From positions 9,300,001 to 9,364,000 of the forward strand of contig OZ059898.1 in assembly GCA_964057225.1 (NCBI GenBank): a stretch of DNA of 64,000 nucleotides, written 5' to 3'. Every line of letters begins with the position of its first letter. Position 1 is the stretch's first letter. Source of the stretch: Auanema rhodensis (lineage: Eukaryota; Animalia; Nematoda). Made by a program: the position numbers and the translations under genes. Shown here one piece after another: positions 26,298-39,237 of the stretch. The notes below the pieces were generated by a model that did no database searches, was not told where the DNA came from, and saw nothing but the letters and a program-made list of their open reading frames with translations.

Positions 26298-28620
26298 GCA
26301 TGTTTAAAAATGTTAGAAAAGAAAGGACAAGAACTGAAGAGATTTTGCTGATTTAAAAAAACGAGAGACGCAGAACGATGAGAGCCTGAATAGCATGAGG
26401 CTCAGCAAAAGAGAGTTAGATGGCTTGTTGCAGCAAAGAAACACGGAAGCAGCTTGGTGAAGAAATGGACGGACCTGGTTTTCGAGATAGATCTTTGAAC
26501 CATTGTCCTTTCAGTCCCTTTAGAGACAATTTCTCAAGTTTTCGACCTCTTACTTTCTGTATTAGATTTCTCACATGGATTAAGGGAGGTGGATACGAAA
26601 TTAGAAAAAATATTTTTAATATTTTGGATAGAGCAATACCAGTTATATTTCTAAGTGATGTGTGGATTAACTAACACCTTTCAAAATAAATATTGAAAAA
26701 TCAGTGATGTTTTCAGCTTATCAAATTTCTTTATTTGATGAAGATTTTATTGTTATAAAATATGTTAAATTGATGTTACTTGCCACCTTTTTGGAAAATA
26801 TACCCCTTTTCTTTGGTATATTAGGTGTATTTCTCTTTCTAATTGTTTTTCATCTCACTCTATTTCCTTCCACTTTTTTTCGCCTTCTTAGTAACGACAA
26901 CCAACTGTCATTTGCTATTAGATGTTTAAATGCGGAACAAGAATCCGTGAGCATTTCATTGCTTTTTGGACTCAAACTTCAGTGCCATCATTTTCTCTTA
27001 AGATACTTATTACATTTACTTTAATTTAATTCAATTTTTCAAAAACACTTCAAAGTCTCACGTTTTCCCAACATTAAGAAAAGAAAAATAATCATAGGTT
27101 CTGAATATGACAATACAAGCATATAGTCAATTTTCTATTTTTAATAAATTTATCAATTTTTCTTTTTTTTATGTAAACGATTTTCGAAGTAGTGGACCCT
27201 AAAAGAGGATTTCGAGTGCAAAGCGAGGAAATGCTGATCAATGTTCACTCACTGAAACATTTTGTTCAACTGAAAGATCAGAGGAAAGAGCATATCCCAA
27301 GAAGAGACAAACCCGGAAGTATTAGTCTACATAAGCAAGGGATGTCTGAGGCAGCAGAATAAGAGTTGAGACGAGTTCAGCGATTAGATGCAAACCAGAA
27401 ACTTTAAAAAAAAATGATAAATTAGATATGCATATTTTATAGTGCTTTATATCGATTCACATTGAACCTTCCCTATTTTCCTGCTCATTAGGCTTTTAAG
27501 AGCTGGAGAAGAATTTATATTATACCAAATTTTCAAATTTTTGTTTTCTGCGAGCTGAAATCTATTAAAAGTCAACCTACAACGACTTTGATTTTAAAAT
27601 GATACGTTTCAATTCAATTAGCGTTTTGCATAATTTGAAAGTATGCTCAATGCTCAGTAATCAAATGCTTAACAAAAAAAAGAAAGAAAAAAGTAAATGT
27701 TTGGGCTTTCCGAGCAAGACGAAGCTTTTGCCTCAAATTATATATGTCTTGCTACTTCCTTGTGTTAGAAAAAGGTTCATTTGAGTAAGTAGGTACATTC
27801 GACCACTGATGTTTCAAGCCGGAAGTCTTGTCCAAGAATGATGCAAAATGCCTAAAAGATTCCAAAAACGTTTTGAATGAAACAAATAGTAGAATAACGA
27901 ATAAAATAATTTTAACATGTATATAAACAATTTGTTCTTTAATTTGGTTCAGGAACAATCTTCATTTTGAACATGATGTATATGCAATAACTTTTAAATT
28001 CGAAATTATTTCTCTTTTCGATATATGACTGATTTTTGGATTAAGAGAAAGATAGAATAGAAAGGGAGTAATACAACGAACTAGAGAAAACAGAGAAAGT
28101 GAGAGAACAGCATTAGAAAATGGCAATAGAAAAAGTATTGAAGTTTAACTATTCTATGGAAGTTGGGTTTTGTGAAGTCTTATATTCTGATTTCTGATGT
28201 CTATATGCTCCTTTTCAAGCGTTTATTAATGCAGCCCAATCGTTCTGGTACATATAGATTTATTGCAGTTACTAATGTAAGAAAGAGAACCAAAATAGAC
28301 CAGGAAGCAAAAAAGATAGAAAGATCAGATTTGGCGAGAAGGGAATAAGACATAATGTGAGAGCACGTAATAGTATATTGACTAAAGAGTAGAGACCATC
28401 GAATGAAGGAAGATTGTTGCCTCCAAAAGAGTAGGACATCGCCCCAAACACAAATCAGAAGAATTTCTGAGAAACAGTGTAACAGGCTGAAAGATTAAGT
28501 AATAGGATATAAACATTCTTAACAACAATTGTAAGCCAATTATTTATTGCTATGTTATAAACAAGTGACATGTTATACTTTAGTTAAACTAGGTACGTTT
28601 GAGCAATTAAGAATTATTAA

Positions 28621-29375
28621 CTAGATCAATTTGGATCCTATTATACATTTTCGTAATTCATTGATCTGAACTTGTATTAATTGGTAGAAAATACTTAAGC
28701 AAACCTTAGTTTTTTCTTCGGTCGATAAACTACTGTTTAAATTCTGTTTTCCAAGATTTTCCCGTAGCTCAAATGAATTCATAATCTTGATTTTACTTGC
28801 GACATATTTTGATAGACGAAATTCCAAACTACTAATGTTCAAATATTGGCAAGCCTATAACACACTTCTTAGCGCAAAATGATTACATAATATCCTCATA
28901 CTTCTATGATTTGAAGAATATTTGAAATATCTATATCATCGAAAACTTTTCCGAATAAATCATCTTTTCTTTCCTTCGTTTTTTCACAAGTCCTTATCCA
29001 TTCCAGTATCTTAGTGTTACTGATTTATGTATGAACATATTTTTATACCTTGGATACTATAAAAAAGTTATACGGTAATGTTATATCACATGGCCAATCA
29101 TTGGAAATACTCAAATCTGAAAACAAAAGTTTTTAGTATAATTATACATGTTTTTCTACCTGTTGCCATTCTCTCGAGTGTTCCAAAAAAAATTAATTCG
29201 GACTGATGAACTATAACTTCTTTTTTATCAGAAGTAATTAATATGATGTGCTTTTTCGATTCGAGTTCAGATTCTTTCAAAATATGCTAAATTACATAAA
29301 ATACATATGAAGAGATTACATCACTTGAATATTAACTTGATCTTGGTAAAATAATTTATAGAACCAGCCAATCAT
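28621..29375 (-). CDS. Divergent Skp1-related protein, about 180 aa, 6 exons
   Basis: Clean GT-AG assembly gives HIILITSDKKEVIV..GTLERMA..LPYNFFIVSKILEWI..DIDISNILQIIEACQYLNISSL..YVASKIKIMNSFELRENLG..LSTEEKTKI. This aligns by eye with Skp1 (IKLQSSD, ILKKVIQWC, LFELILAANYLDIKGL, VANMIKGKTPEEIR, FTEEEE). Confidence 0.8.
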
Positions 29376-29543
29376 GATTCAACAAAGTAGAATAAATACG
29401 TTCACGTCACGTAATAGTACACATGTGAGTTAATATATAATTTAATATTTTTATTGAGTTCTGCAAATCGCAATAAATTAAAAAAGTAATAAGTATTTAA
29501 AAATAACGTGAAAAAAACAAAAGAATAATGTATAATAGTCTTC

Positions 29544-30324
29544 TCAATAAGTCATAAATTCTTCTAATTCATTATGAGGTTTAGGTTTAGCAACTTCAGG
29601 AATTGCTATTTGATGAACCTTTTCTCTGAAAATTCCATAGAATAATATTAGTGGAAGTCGTTGAAGAAGCTTACAATGGCGAAACAACAACATCGTCCTT
29701 TGATGTTTCTTCAATCGTTTTCTTTCGAGCTACATTTAAATCACTAAATAGAAAAAAATCAAAAAGACTAACAAAATCAAGAATATCATTACGTTGACTC
29801 ATTTCCTCCCTTGTAAGGTATTGCATTTCTGGATGGAAAAATAATGTTTAATAACGAACATGTTAACGATAAAATTAACGATACAAATGATATATACTGA
29901 AATTTTTTCGGTAAAGTAATTTCAGGAGTGCAAATGTAAAAATTATGAATGTACCAAAGCACCACGGATCATGTAAGAAAATGGAACAAAGTTGCCAGTG
30001 TAGACTTGCAGAAATTTAGACTGCATAATTAGAAGGATAGCTCCCATTGTGTTCAAAAAACAGTTAAATAATGATAATATTATAATCTGTAATATGATAA
30101 ATGATCCGCTTAATATATGAGTATTTTGCCCTTACCAAAATAGGTGGAGCTGCTTCATATAATTTTTTTATATCCAACAAACATATACATACAGCGGTAC
30201 ATAACAATGAGAGTCCATGCGCGATTGATGAACCAATAGCCTAAACCTGGTTGAAAGTTATAATTGACTATCCTTTCGATACAATGCCCAAATCCAACAG
30301 CTCTTCTCTCATTGTGCTATTCAT
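29544..30324 (-). CDS. Hypothetical small membrane protein with about 3 TM segments and a charged C-terminal tail
   Basis: Six exons join in frame through GT-AG introns: MNSTMREELLDLGI|AIGSSIAHGLSLLCTAVCICLL..|IIILSLFNCFLNTMGAILLIM..|YISFVSLILSLTCSLLNIIF..EEFMTY*. No family recognised. Confidence 0.65.
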
Positions 30325-30789
30325 TTTTTTATCTGTTATTTTCCAAGACGCACGTGCGTTTCGTTGACAGAAGTCAAAAATACACTCAGCAAACACAATT
30401 ACATAACAAGTCTATAATAATTAATAAAAGTAAATAAATATATGAAAGTAAACCATCAGGCTATAAAATATATGACTATGAATAGTTGACCATTTAAATA
30501 CGAATTTTTTTTTTATCATATTGGACTCAGCCATTCTTCTAAACACACTTGTTTAAAATAAACAACACGTGATTACGTGGAAGTGCAATATTATTTCTTT
30601 AATTGAAATGATTTGTTTAATTTGATTTAATTGAAATATTCTAAATATCCAATATGCAATAGCAAAATAAAATTTATATTATTATTGTTCCTGACAACTT
30701 CACCCTCTTGAAGAATAAGGCATATATACATGTACAAATCTATATAAACAGAAAAATCAAAAACTCTGTAAAAATATCATTTGTAGATA

Positions 30790-32708
30790 TCAACTTGTTA
30801 CTTTTCTAGTCCCGAAAAAATTTGAAGACTCTGTCTCAATAATATTTGAATACTTTGTTTTAGCTAACTCGTCCAAAGTAGTTTTTGCTAATTCTCCTTC
30901 ATGAACTCTGAAATTGATCAAATTATTCAAATGATCTACTTAAGCAACGATCATGTTTTACTCACCTCCGCATAAATGCTATAGACAATTCAATTGAAGC
31001 TTCCATCAAATCTTCTGGTGGAACATCACCTTGCAACCCAAAACGTTTTCCAATAAAATTGGACACCAAGAACGGGAAATCAGAAAAAGTTTGATGAACA
31101 CCATCACTGAAAAAATATTTACTTTTTTATCAAGTCGTATAGGCTTTATATATTCAATAAGCATTTTTATCTCTAATAATTTGTTTTTAGTTAAAAACGT
31201 GCAAGAATGTTTCTCACGTTAAGGTATATGTTAATCGTTCACATTCCTCCCCGAACCGTTGCATATTTTGCAGATTTTCTTTCCATTGCCATCTGGAAAA
31301 CAAATTACAATTGGAATTTGAAATTTTTAATACTTTTTCGCATTTAGGAATAATGTTGGCTGGCTAGCCCGAATATAATGATCCGCTTCTAATGGAAACA
31401 TCCAACCATCCAGCACAATACTTGCCTAATTAGTAAAAAATGATCACAGATAGTTGTAGAACAAAGAAACAGAAGAAAAAATTCTTAGAGAAAAATAAAT
31501 TAAATGTCTCATTTACCTGAAAATCGGTAGAGAAAGCTGTGGCTGCCATAGCCGTAGCTCCGCCAAAACTATGACCAACAATCGCTGTTCTTGATAAATT
31601 TAACCTATCCTATATATATATATATATGTATTGCTTGTATTAAAAGATATGTCAATAAAAATACTTTGAACTGGGTCCAATCAAAATCATTCCCATCCAT
31701 AATATGTTGAGTGTCTAAAGTTCCCATGTGTAATTCTTCTAAGACGTGAAGAGCTTTAACGCTTTCAGAAACACGTTTTCCAAGCTTTTAATAGGAATAA
31801 TAATTTTCAAATTAAAATAAAAGATATACCTGCTGACTTCTAATTTTGAATTCTTTATCTCCTGGTTCTAATAATTTCATCTGTATTGAACGTTCTTTTG
31901 CTCTTCCAGAAAGTACATCAGGTAAAAGCTTATACGTCCAACACGCTGAATAATCTCTGAAAATTCATATTTTTATTTTAAAATCTATTTAGCTCACCTG
32001 TGTTCAATGGCAGCGACAACATATCCATATGATGCTAAGGAACTACAATACGTCGAATAAAAATGTCTGCATCCTGCAAGGCCATGAGAAAACACGACAA
32101 CAGGGAAAGTAGACTAAAATCAAATGAAATAAATAAGGCCAATTTTGTTTCCATTACCGTTGGCACTGAAAATGATCTTGATACAGAAATTTTACGCTCA
32201 TTGTGCGACATAACTGGTAAAGACGTTGACGTTGGCATAGATTTCACTGTTCCCGCCAACGGCAGATGCCATAGAGCAGAAGTTCTGAAATATAACGGAA
32301 CAAAGGTATAAACCCTTGAAAAAATGTATTACCGTTTCTCCCCAATAATCCAATTTGAGAAAAATTGAAGTCTCCGTGAAGACTGTTTTAGATATGCAGC
32401 TAAACCATTCAAATATTCCTTTCGAGGCAACCATAAAGGATGAGTCATATCTTCACGTGTTTCATTTTCGAGCTGCAAAATTCAATAATGATGTACATAT
32501 GATCTTTTCTAATTATAGAATTCAACATGAATGCTAATGATTCAATTGATACCGGATGATCCACAGGATAATATATCCTCATGAACACTCCAGAATCGCC
32601 ATCTTTAGAGTCTTTAAGCATCAAATCAGAGCATCCCACGCGGTATGCCCCAGTGCCAATTCGTGGAAGTATAGAATTTTGATCAGAACAAGACCATGTT
32701 AAACCCAT
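30790..32708 (-). CDS. Platelet-activating factor acetylhydrolase (PAF-AH II / paf-1/paf-2 family)
   Basis: Motifs [40 protein letters not shown], nucleophile GHSFGGA, LDGWMFP and [10 protein letters not shown]-terminal MGLTWS fits a myristoylation consensus. Confidence 0.92.
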
Positions 32709-33632
32709 ATCTAAATCTTGGTTGATGATCACAGTTCAGGCAAGGAATGAAATATAAAAGCAATACGAAAAACTCAAAGTGATAAAGCAATTGCATAAAA
32801 AATTCGTATCGTAAATATCGTATATAAGCATTTGTGTAGCAGTCATGACTACAAAGCTTGTCACGTTTTGGCAATTTGATGGATAAGTATAGAATCACCA
32901 AGGGACAGAAGGAGCAGAGGCGACCTTTCAAATGTTAGAAAATTTTCGTTACTATAACTACACTTAATTTTTTAACTGTTAACCGCATAAGTGGAAATAT
33001 ATAATTTTTTCGTAGAAATACTTCAAACAAATTGTCATATGATTATCGGCAGTAATATTTATTAAGAGTGGTAATAGGTATAAAAATAAATTTTTCATAT
33101 TAATCGAAATAGAGTATTTGAACAATCTAAATAATTTTATAACAGTCCACGACTCGAAATTGAAAGTCCGATTGTAATCTTAATTTTCTTTGTATATGAA
33201 TATATGAAAACTAAAGAAGCTATTTTTGAATCCGAAGCTTCAGAGCGTGTTAACGCTTCGCATCAGGATGATTCTCAATCGAGCGCGATTAAGATTTCAG
33301 AACAGATTATTGCTATCTTTTAAAATATCAGAGACCACAGAGCCTAGATGAAAAATTGATAAACCTCATTTTTTACAACTCTATGGAAAGGGAGACTCAT
33401 ACTCACATTTATATGCATATTGAAGTTTGCTTAATTTTCTATACAGTACTAATAGAATTCCGCAGGATAAATATTCGTTTCATATGCTCATCAGTTTCAA
33501 GGGAATGTGAAAACAAGTAAATAATATCTCTGTTTTTTTCTAAACTCTAGTTCTTTTCATATAATATGTTGAATATTATATTCTCATTCATAAATTTTGA
33601 AAAATATACAGACTTTGTTAGTATTAAAAGGT

Positions 33633-35078
33633 TTATGCACGAACTGATTTATCCCAGTTGTCATATCCAGAAATCAGATTTTCTTTACTGCAAAAACAAT
33701 TCTTTGCAATGTAATAAAAAAATTCTTAACTGAAGTATATATCTTGGTACAGATAACTTGATGGAAATGGAAGATCGAATTGGTACCGATGTGATGTGAA
33801 GAGAGGGTAAGGATTTGCTCTGATAAAGTTGTACCTGTGATATAAAATAAAAATAATACCATTTTGAGAAATTAAACATACATTATTACTTTTCTTAGAA
33901 ATTGGAAGTGGCACACGCTTCGAATGTTCAGATATATTTTGAGTGATATTACTATCAAGAGAACACGAACTTGCGTCTTGTAATTTCATTCTACCCTCGA
34001 TTTTGTGTCGTAACATTTCTACAGATCGATAGCCTTGACGAATACTTTGGCTAAACAATCAGAGGAAGTATTAAACCAAAAGAGCACAATGCATACATGG
34101 AATCTAATTCAGTGCTTAATGGACATACAAATAATCCTGAATTTGTTGAAGTGGACAGAGACTGAATATTTGGTTTATCTTCTTTAGAAATTACGGTCTA
34201 AAACAAACTATATTTTTTTTTCTATTAATTATAACGTACCGTTAGGGAACTACTACTATCTGATACATTACTTTCTGTAGTACTTACCCAAGTTAGCGCG
34301 TTGTAACTGTGTATAGCTTTTTCAACAGGAAGGTCTTTTTTTTCACTGAGTCCTGATAATGGTTCAAATGTAGAATAAGACATTTCTCCGTTAGCTTCTA
34401 AAAATTGCTAATGATGATATTCATTTTTATATTGTTGTCAAACCATATATGGCAAATGACTCATCTGTCATTGTTGAAGATGCTATAGTTTTACATATTA
34501 CTCCTTCATGAATACCACAGAACGCTTGTTTCCATAAAGAAAATTGGTCACTAACAATGAAAATATTTATAGACCCGAACGGGTATTTTAATTTAACATG
34601 ACAACGCCGCTGAAAATAGAAGTAAAGCACCGGTAACTAAAAAATACTAACTATTTTTTTTCGTCTGGATACTCCATTTTCAGTTCTAGTTCGAGTAGAA
34701 GTTGCTTTCTTAACATTAAACACGAATCCTTGAAAATATATTCTGTTCATGCAAATTACGAAGATATAATATACCTTTGCATTCTGACTCATATATTATC
34801 AAGAATCCTTTCTTAGTTAAAGCTATTGTTCTACATTTGAAAGCAGAATTTTTTCTAAAACCCAGAAATGACTAAAAATAGACTATGTTCCTAAGCTTTT
34901 AATGAAAAATAATCATGCCTTTGATTTCATATAGCTGGGTAATTTCTCAGCTATTAATATATCATCTTCGTGAACTCTCCATTGATTACAATTAGGTAGA
35001 TTCTGAGGCTGAAAATATAAATCTCCTATGGAAAAAACGTTTTTCAAAACAATTAAAACGAGTAAAGAAAAGTGTCAT
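33633..35078 (-). CDS. Hypothetical protein with an N-terminal PH-like domain and a Ser/Thr-rich tail
   Basis: In-frame exons read ..KCRTIALTKKGFLIIYESECKG|FVFNVRKQ..|RRCHVKLKYPFGSINIFIVSDQFSLWKQAF, a beta-strand pattern ending in a Trp-containing helix. Start and end are approximate. Confidence 0.5.
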
Positions 35079-35741
35079 TCAAAAAATTGCTTCATTTGCT
35101 CCATCTGATACGTGACCCACATTAGGAAAATTGTTTTGCACATATTTAATAGTTGGTTATTTTGCTTTCTTCAATACTTCTCATCAGATTAACATTCACT
35201 ACTTAGGAAAAATCAGGAACAACAACAAAGTTTTTTCTCTTTCTCTCTCTCTGTGATACTTCCTCTCAATACAGTATGAAGGTGCTAATAAAATAGTAAC
35301 CCCGCAGTTTATATAAATTTATACCTGGTTCAAATTAGTTGTAAGTGAAAATGTTAATATTTGCTTTTGTAAGCTCATAACTTAGTAGTATAAGAAAAAT
35401 CTTATAAAAAATAAGTCGGCTGCTTTGCAGCTGAACAGACAGGAAAATGAAAATGAAATCGAAACGATTATCACGTGGAACTCACGTAATGTAAAATATG
35501 ACGTTTAATACTTTAAGAATTAAGGCACTAATATATTACATACTTTAAGTATATACCTATATATCTATATTTTAAGTATCTTGGTCTTAATCTGCAGCAT
35601 TCCAGAGCTTATATGATACTCAATAATTTGGAACCTTTTATGTTGAAGTTTCTTCAAAACTGTATTCATTTGTACTAAAGAAAAAAATGTTGTATCAAGA
35701 GGTTTCAGTTGATTACATAATTCCAGAAAGAGCTTTCTTAT

Positions 35742-36205
35742 TTATATTTCAGTTGAACTGTCATACTTAAAATTCCCATATCGATAATTGTCCATTCATA
35801 CTACATCCGTTATTGAACAATTGATAAAATATTTATTTAATTGTGCGTAATGATCTTTCCAAGAGTCGACAATTTTCTCAAAGTGAATCAGATGAGATAC
35901 CGTGATCTGGAATTCCACGTTTGTAAGCGTCGTACTGCAGGCTCACCAAACAAGGGATATCGAAATTCCTGGAAGAATAACAAACTATTAAAACAATTTT
36001 GAAACCAATTGATTTCAAATCAGTATAACCGAAATATATATCTTGGTACAATATTCTGCATATTAACACTATTTGTTAATTCTCTTACCTGTGGCCTGTT
36101 CATATGCAAATTTTTAAGAAACATCATAGCACGATCTCCGTCCATTTGTGATTCAGCAATGATGCAGCTTACAATAATTAAACAAATGAAGACTATACGC
36201 AACAT
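35742..36205 (-). CDS. Hypothetical small secreted protein
   Basis: Signal peptide MLRIVFICLIIVSCIIA. Exon 1 splices in frame to NFDIPCLVSLQYDAYKRGIPDH. The 3' exons are uncertain. Confidence 0.4.
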
Positions 36206-37375
36206 TTTCCCTAAAATAGGCAGCTATCTTTATATGTTATGAAAAATTATCTATTCAGTATAATCTCTCAACAATTGTAATCTTCTTCTAATGACAAAGT
36301 CTACGTTCGAAGGAATAAAGGGAGCAATACTCAAAAAATCTTAAATCAACCAAAAAAGATACATTTTCAGTTTTACAAAATTTCTGAAAAATGAAGAATA
36401 CATATATTAAAAGTTGGTAGATTCCAACAGCGTAAAATAGTTGTATAATCTGAAAACACTACTGAAGAGAGGAAAACTAAATCTAATACCGCCCTCTTTT
36501 ACTCCACCCTCTTTCGAAAATAAAAGAGGAGAAAGAGCTCTACTCAGGAAACTGCTAAGAAATATTTCAATGAATACCATGGATACTAGAATGAAATTAA
36601 GATGCGCTAAGTAATTCTTCGAATATTCTGCATCAAATAATAAATATTACTACAAGACAAAGATATTTTATTGAAACAATTGCAGTAAATGAGCCTGAAA
36701 CTAATTATAGTCCGTATAATCAACGGAAATGTCACCCACGAATATCTGGAAAAAGAATCGTGGTTTGAACAATTTTTAACAATTGAAGTTTGAAGATCTA
36801 ACATGGCTTTAATGCTAACATCTGCACAGATAGATAAATTAATTTGTTCAAATAAAAACTCTAAAAATGCTTGTGTTTTCATGGTAAACTAGAGTTTGTT
36901 TTATTACAATTTGCTTAATTATATGTGTACTATAATAGGAACACTAATTCAATTTTTTTCAGCATCTTTCAAGCAAATGACTTTTTTTTAAAATCAAATT
37001 TAAAATAGAATGATCATGTTCATTTCGCATGCCTTTTCACATTTCGGTGCAGGTGAGTGAGAAGGAGCAATGGTCGTACACAACTGAACATAGTCATTTC
37101 GAATTGATTGCAGTCCGAGAAACAGTGTTTTATTCTAAATTGATCCTCACGTACATCATAGCTTGTTAACTTCCACATTTTCACAGTGTTATGATTAATG
37201 AACATAAACAGTTCATAAATGTTTCGAGCATTCGAGGAATTCAACGTGTTTTCTGTTTACGCAGTTTTCATTGCAACGTCTTTTTCATTTGTTTTCTGAT
37301 AATTACATTTTAAGTTTTAAATTTAAGTGTTTCAATCTTAAAGTTATATTTGTTTCTATAAATCTGAATAAATAA

Positions 37376-37378
<3 letters not shown>

Positions 37379-37422
<44 letters not shown>
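37379..37422. repeat. (TA)n microsatellite
   Basis: About 21 TA units. Shorter TA tracts occur near 3715, 26272, 31611, 58060 and 62228. Confidence 0.95.
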
Positions 37423-37423
<1 letters not shown>

Positions 37424-37503
37424 GCATATTAATCTATTAATCTTTTTATGCATGCATGTATATATATTTATTTATATATATAGTGAATTGAGTATATTGC
37501 AGA

Positions 37504-39004
37504 ATGAAGCTGAGGTGTTCACTGGAATGTGGAGTGGTTATTCACGCCAAACCAATTGAAAATAAAGACAGTGCAAGCGGTATAAATGAAAACTGAATAA
37601 ATTAACTTTTTATAAAAACTGCAGATGCAAATAGCTATAGAATATCTTTGTTCTCATCTGCCGATGAAAATAAAGAACTTGTGGGAAAGGATATTCCTTG
37701 GCCATCTCAGGAACAACATCCCAATGAGGTAACTTGTGTCGAATAGCCTGCGATATCTTGAACCTCGTTATATTATTTGCAGCTTTCCTATGTAATGGAG
37801 GACAATAGTGTAGTTCTGAAGAGTCCTACCACGGTCGCAGTAATAGCTGTGAAGTAGAATTTATAAAATATATTGAACTTAACATTTTGTCTCAGGCTGA
37901 ATTCCTTGTTTGGAGGTTCTTCTATAGTACTTAATGATAATACTCGTGTATACAAAAGTTTTTCTTCCAACCCTGTTACGTCATTCAATGCACATGGTTT
38001 GATCAATGCTTTACAAAAAGCAATCCAAAATAAGGTTGGGTATTACTTCTTTTCACTGCTAGGAAGTTAACATGTGCAGGAAAGTATCAAATTATGGAAA
38101 ACTGTGCTAAAAGAGCTTTCTTCCTATGATGGTCAATTATGTGGAGTTGTTCCTAATTCGGAACAGCTATTGTTACTTTCAGTATTGGATGGAATACAAG
38201 ATCATTCTTTATTAAAAGAACTTTGTTCCCAATTTTCATCTCGTAGACTTTTTAATTATCGGTGAGGGTTATTGATTTTAACTGTATTTGAATTTTTTTT
38301 AGATACCAGGAGAAGTTTTATACGACGTGTTTGGAACTGAAATTTTTCAATGTTTTAGCTGATACACTTGAGAGTAACACTATATTGCCTGAACAGGTTT
38401 TCGGACATCTTTTGAAGTATGCAACTAGGTATCCTTATTTTGTTTTGCCTTTACTGTTAATGATTCTGCTTAGTCTTCCCGATCATGAAGGTCTTAAAAT
38501 TGTGGTGGGTCTATTAAAGAAAGGGTTTTCCGAGACTGCAATGAGCTTGTCGGGAGTATCGTTCAATTCCACAGAATTCGCCATGTTTGTTCGTTGGTTA
38601 AGGTTGATTTTTAGTGACAATGGAAAAATTAATTTAGTTGATAAGGTTCGCTTTCCTCTCTCTCTTCGACCCTAATTAAATATTTTTTTAGTTACTGTCT
38701 TTATTAGGATCTTTGATTGATGCCAATAGTTCAAGATTAATTTGGGATTCTGAAACTCACCCCCATGTTTTAGAACTTATGAAAGATGTAGAAGATATGG
38801 TTAGCTATCAACATTTATGTTTTATCTTTTTTTTAACGAGAAAAGTGTCTTTATGTAGCTACAAAAATATTTCAGGCAACATTGTGCGATTCATATTTCA
38901 ATTTCGAAGTAGAACGTAAAAAAAAGCATGCTGTGCAGGAGGATTCGTTACCTCTCTACCGATTAAAGAAAGTTGAATTAAAACTCCGAAAGGTTGCTTG
39001 GTAA
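37504..39004 (+). CDS. Probable nucleolar protein 11 (NOL11)-like protein
   Basis: Multi-exon ORF. The C-terminal LIDANSSRLI...PLYRLKKVEL resembles the NOL11 C-terminus (LLDANF...GLYSIEVLEL). Family call made by eye. Confidence 0.5.
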
Positions 39005-39237
39005 ATTTCTTGAACGTTGGATGAAGTTGTTATGTCTTTTTGTTTTTACTGTTAACCGATTACTAAAAAATTCTTTGTTGGCCTTGTTATGTTGTTTCGA
39101 AAAATGTATCTTTGTATTTGAATAAATAAATTTATATATGCATATATCTATATGTAGGAGTTTGTTCTCCGCTTATATATTACTTCTTTGTTTATTGTTT
39201 ATATGCTTTCGCTAACAGTTTATAATACAGATATGAA

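Noticed and set aside
24430-28600. Short ORFs and scattered TGTTTC (piRNA Ruby-like) motifs upstream of nhr-14
   Set aside because: No coherent gene model. Motif density looks compatible with chance in AT-rich DNA.
32063-32537. Plus-strand ORFs of 82 and 60 aa
   Set aside because: Antisense shadows of PAF-AH exons.
36300-36882. 91-aa minus-strand ORF with nearby splice-like signals
   Set aside because: The splice combinations I tried hit stop codons, and no domain was recognisable.
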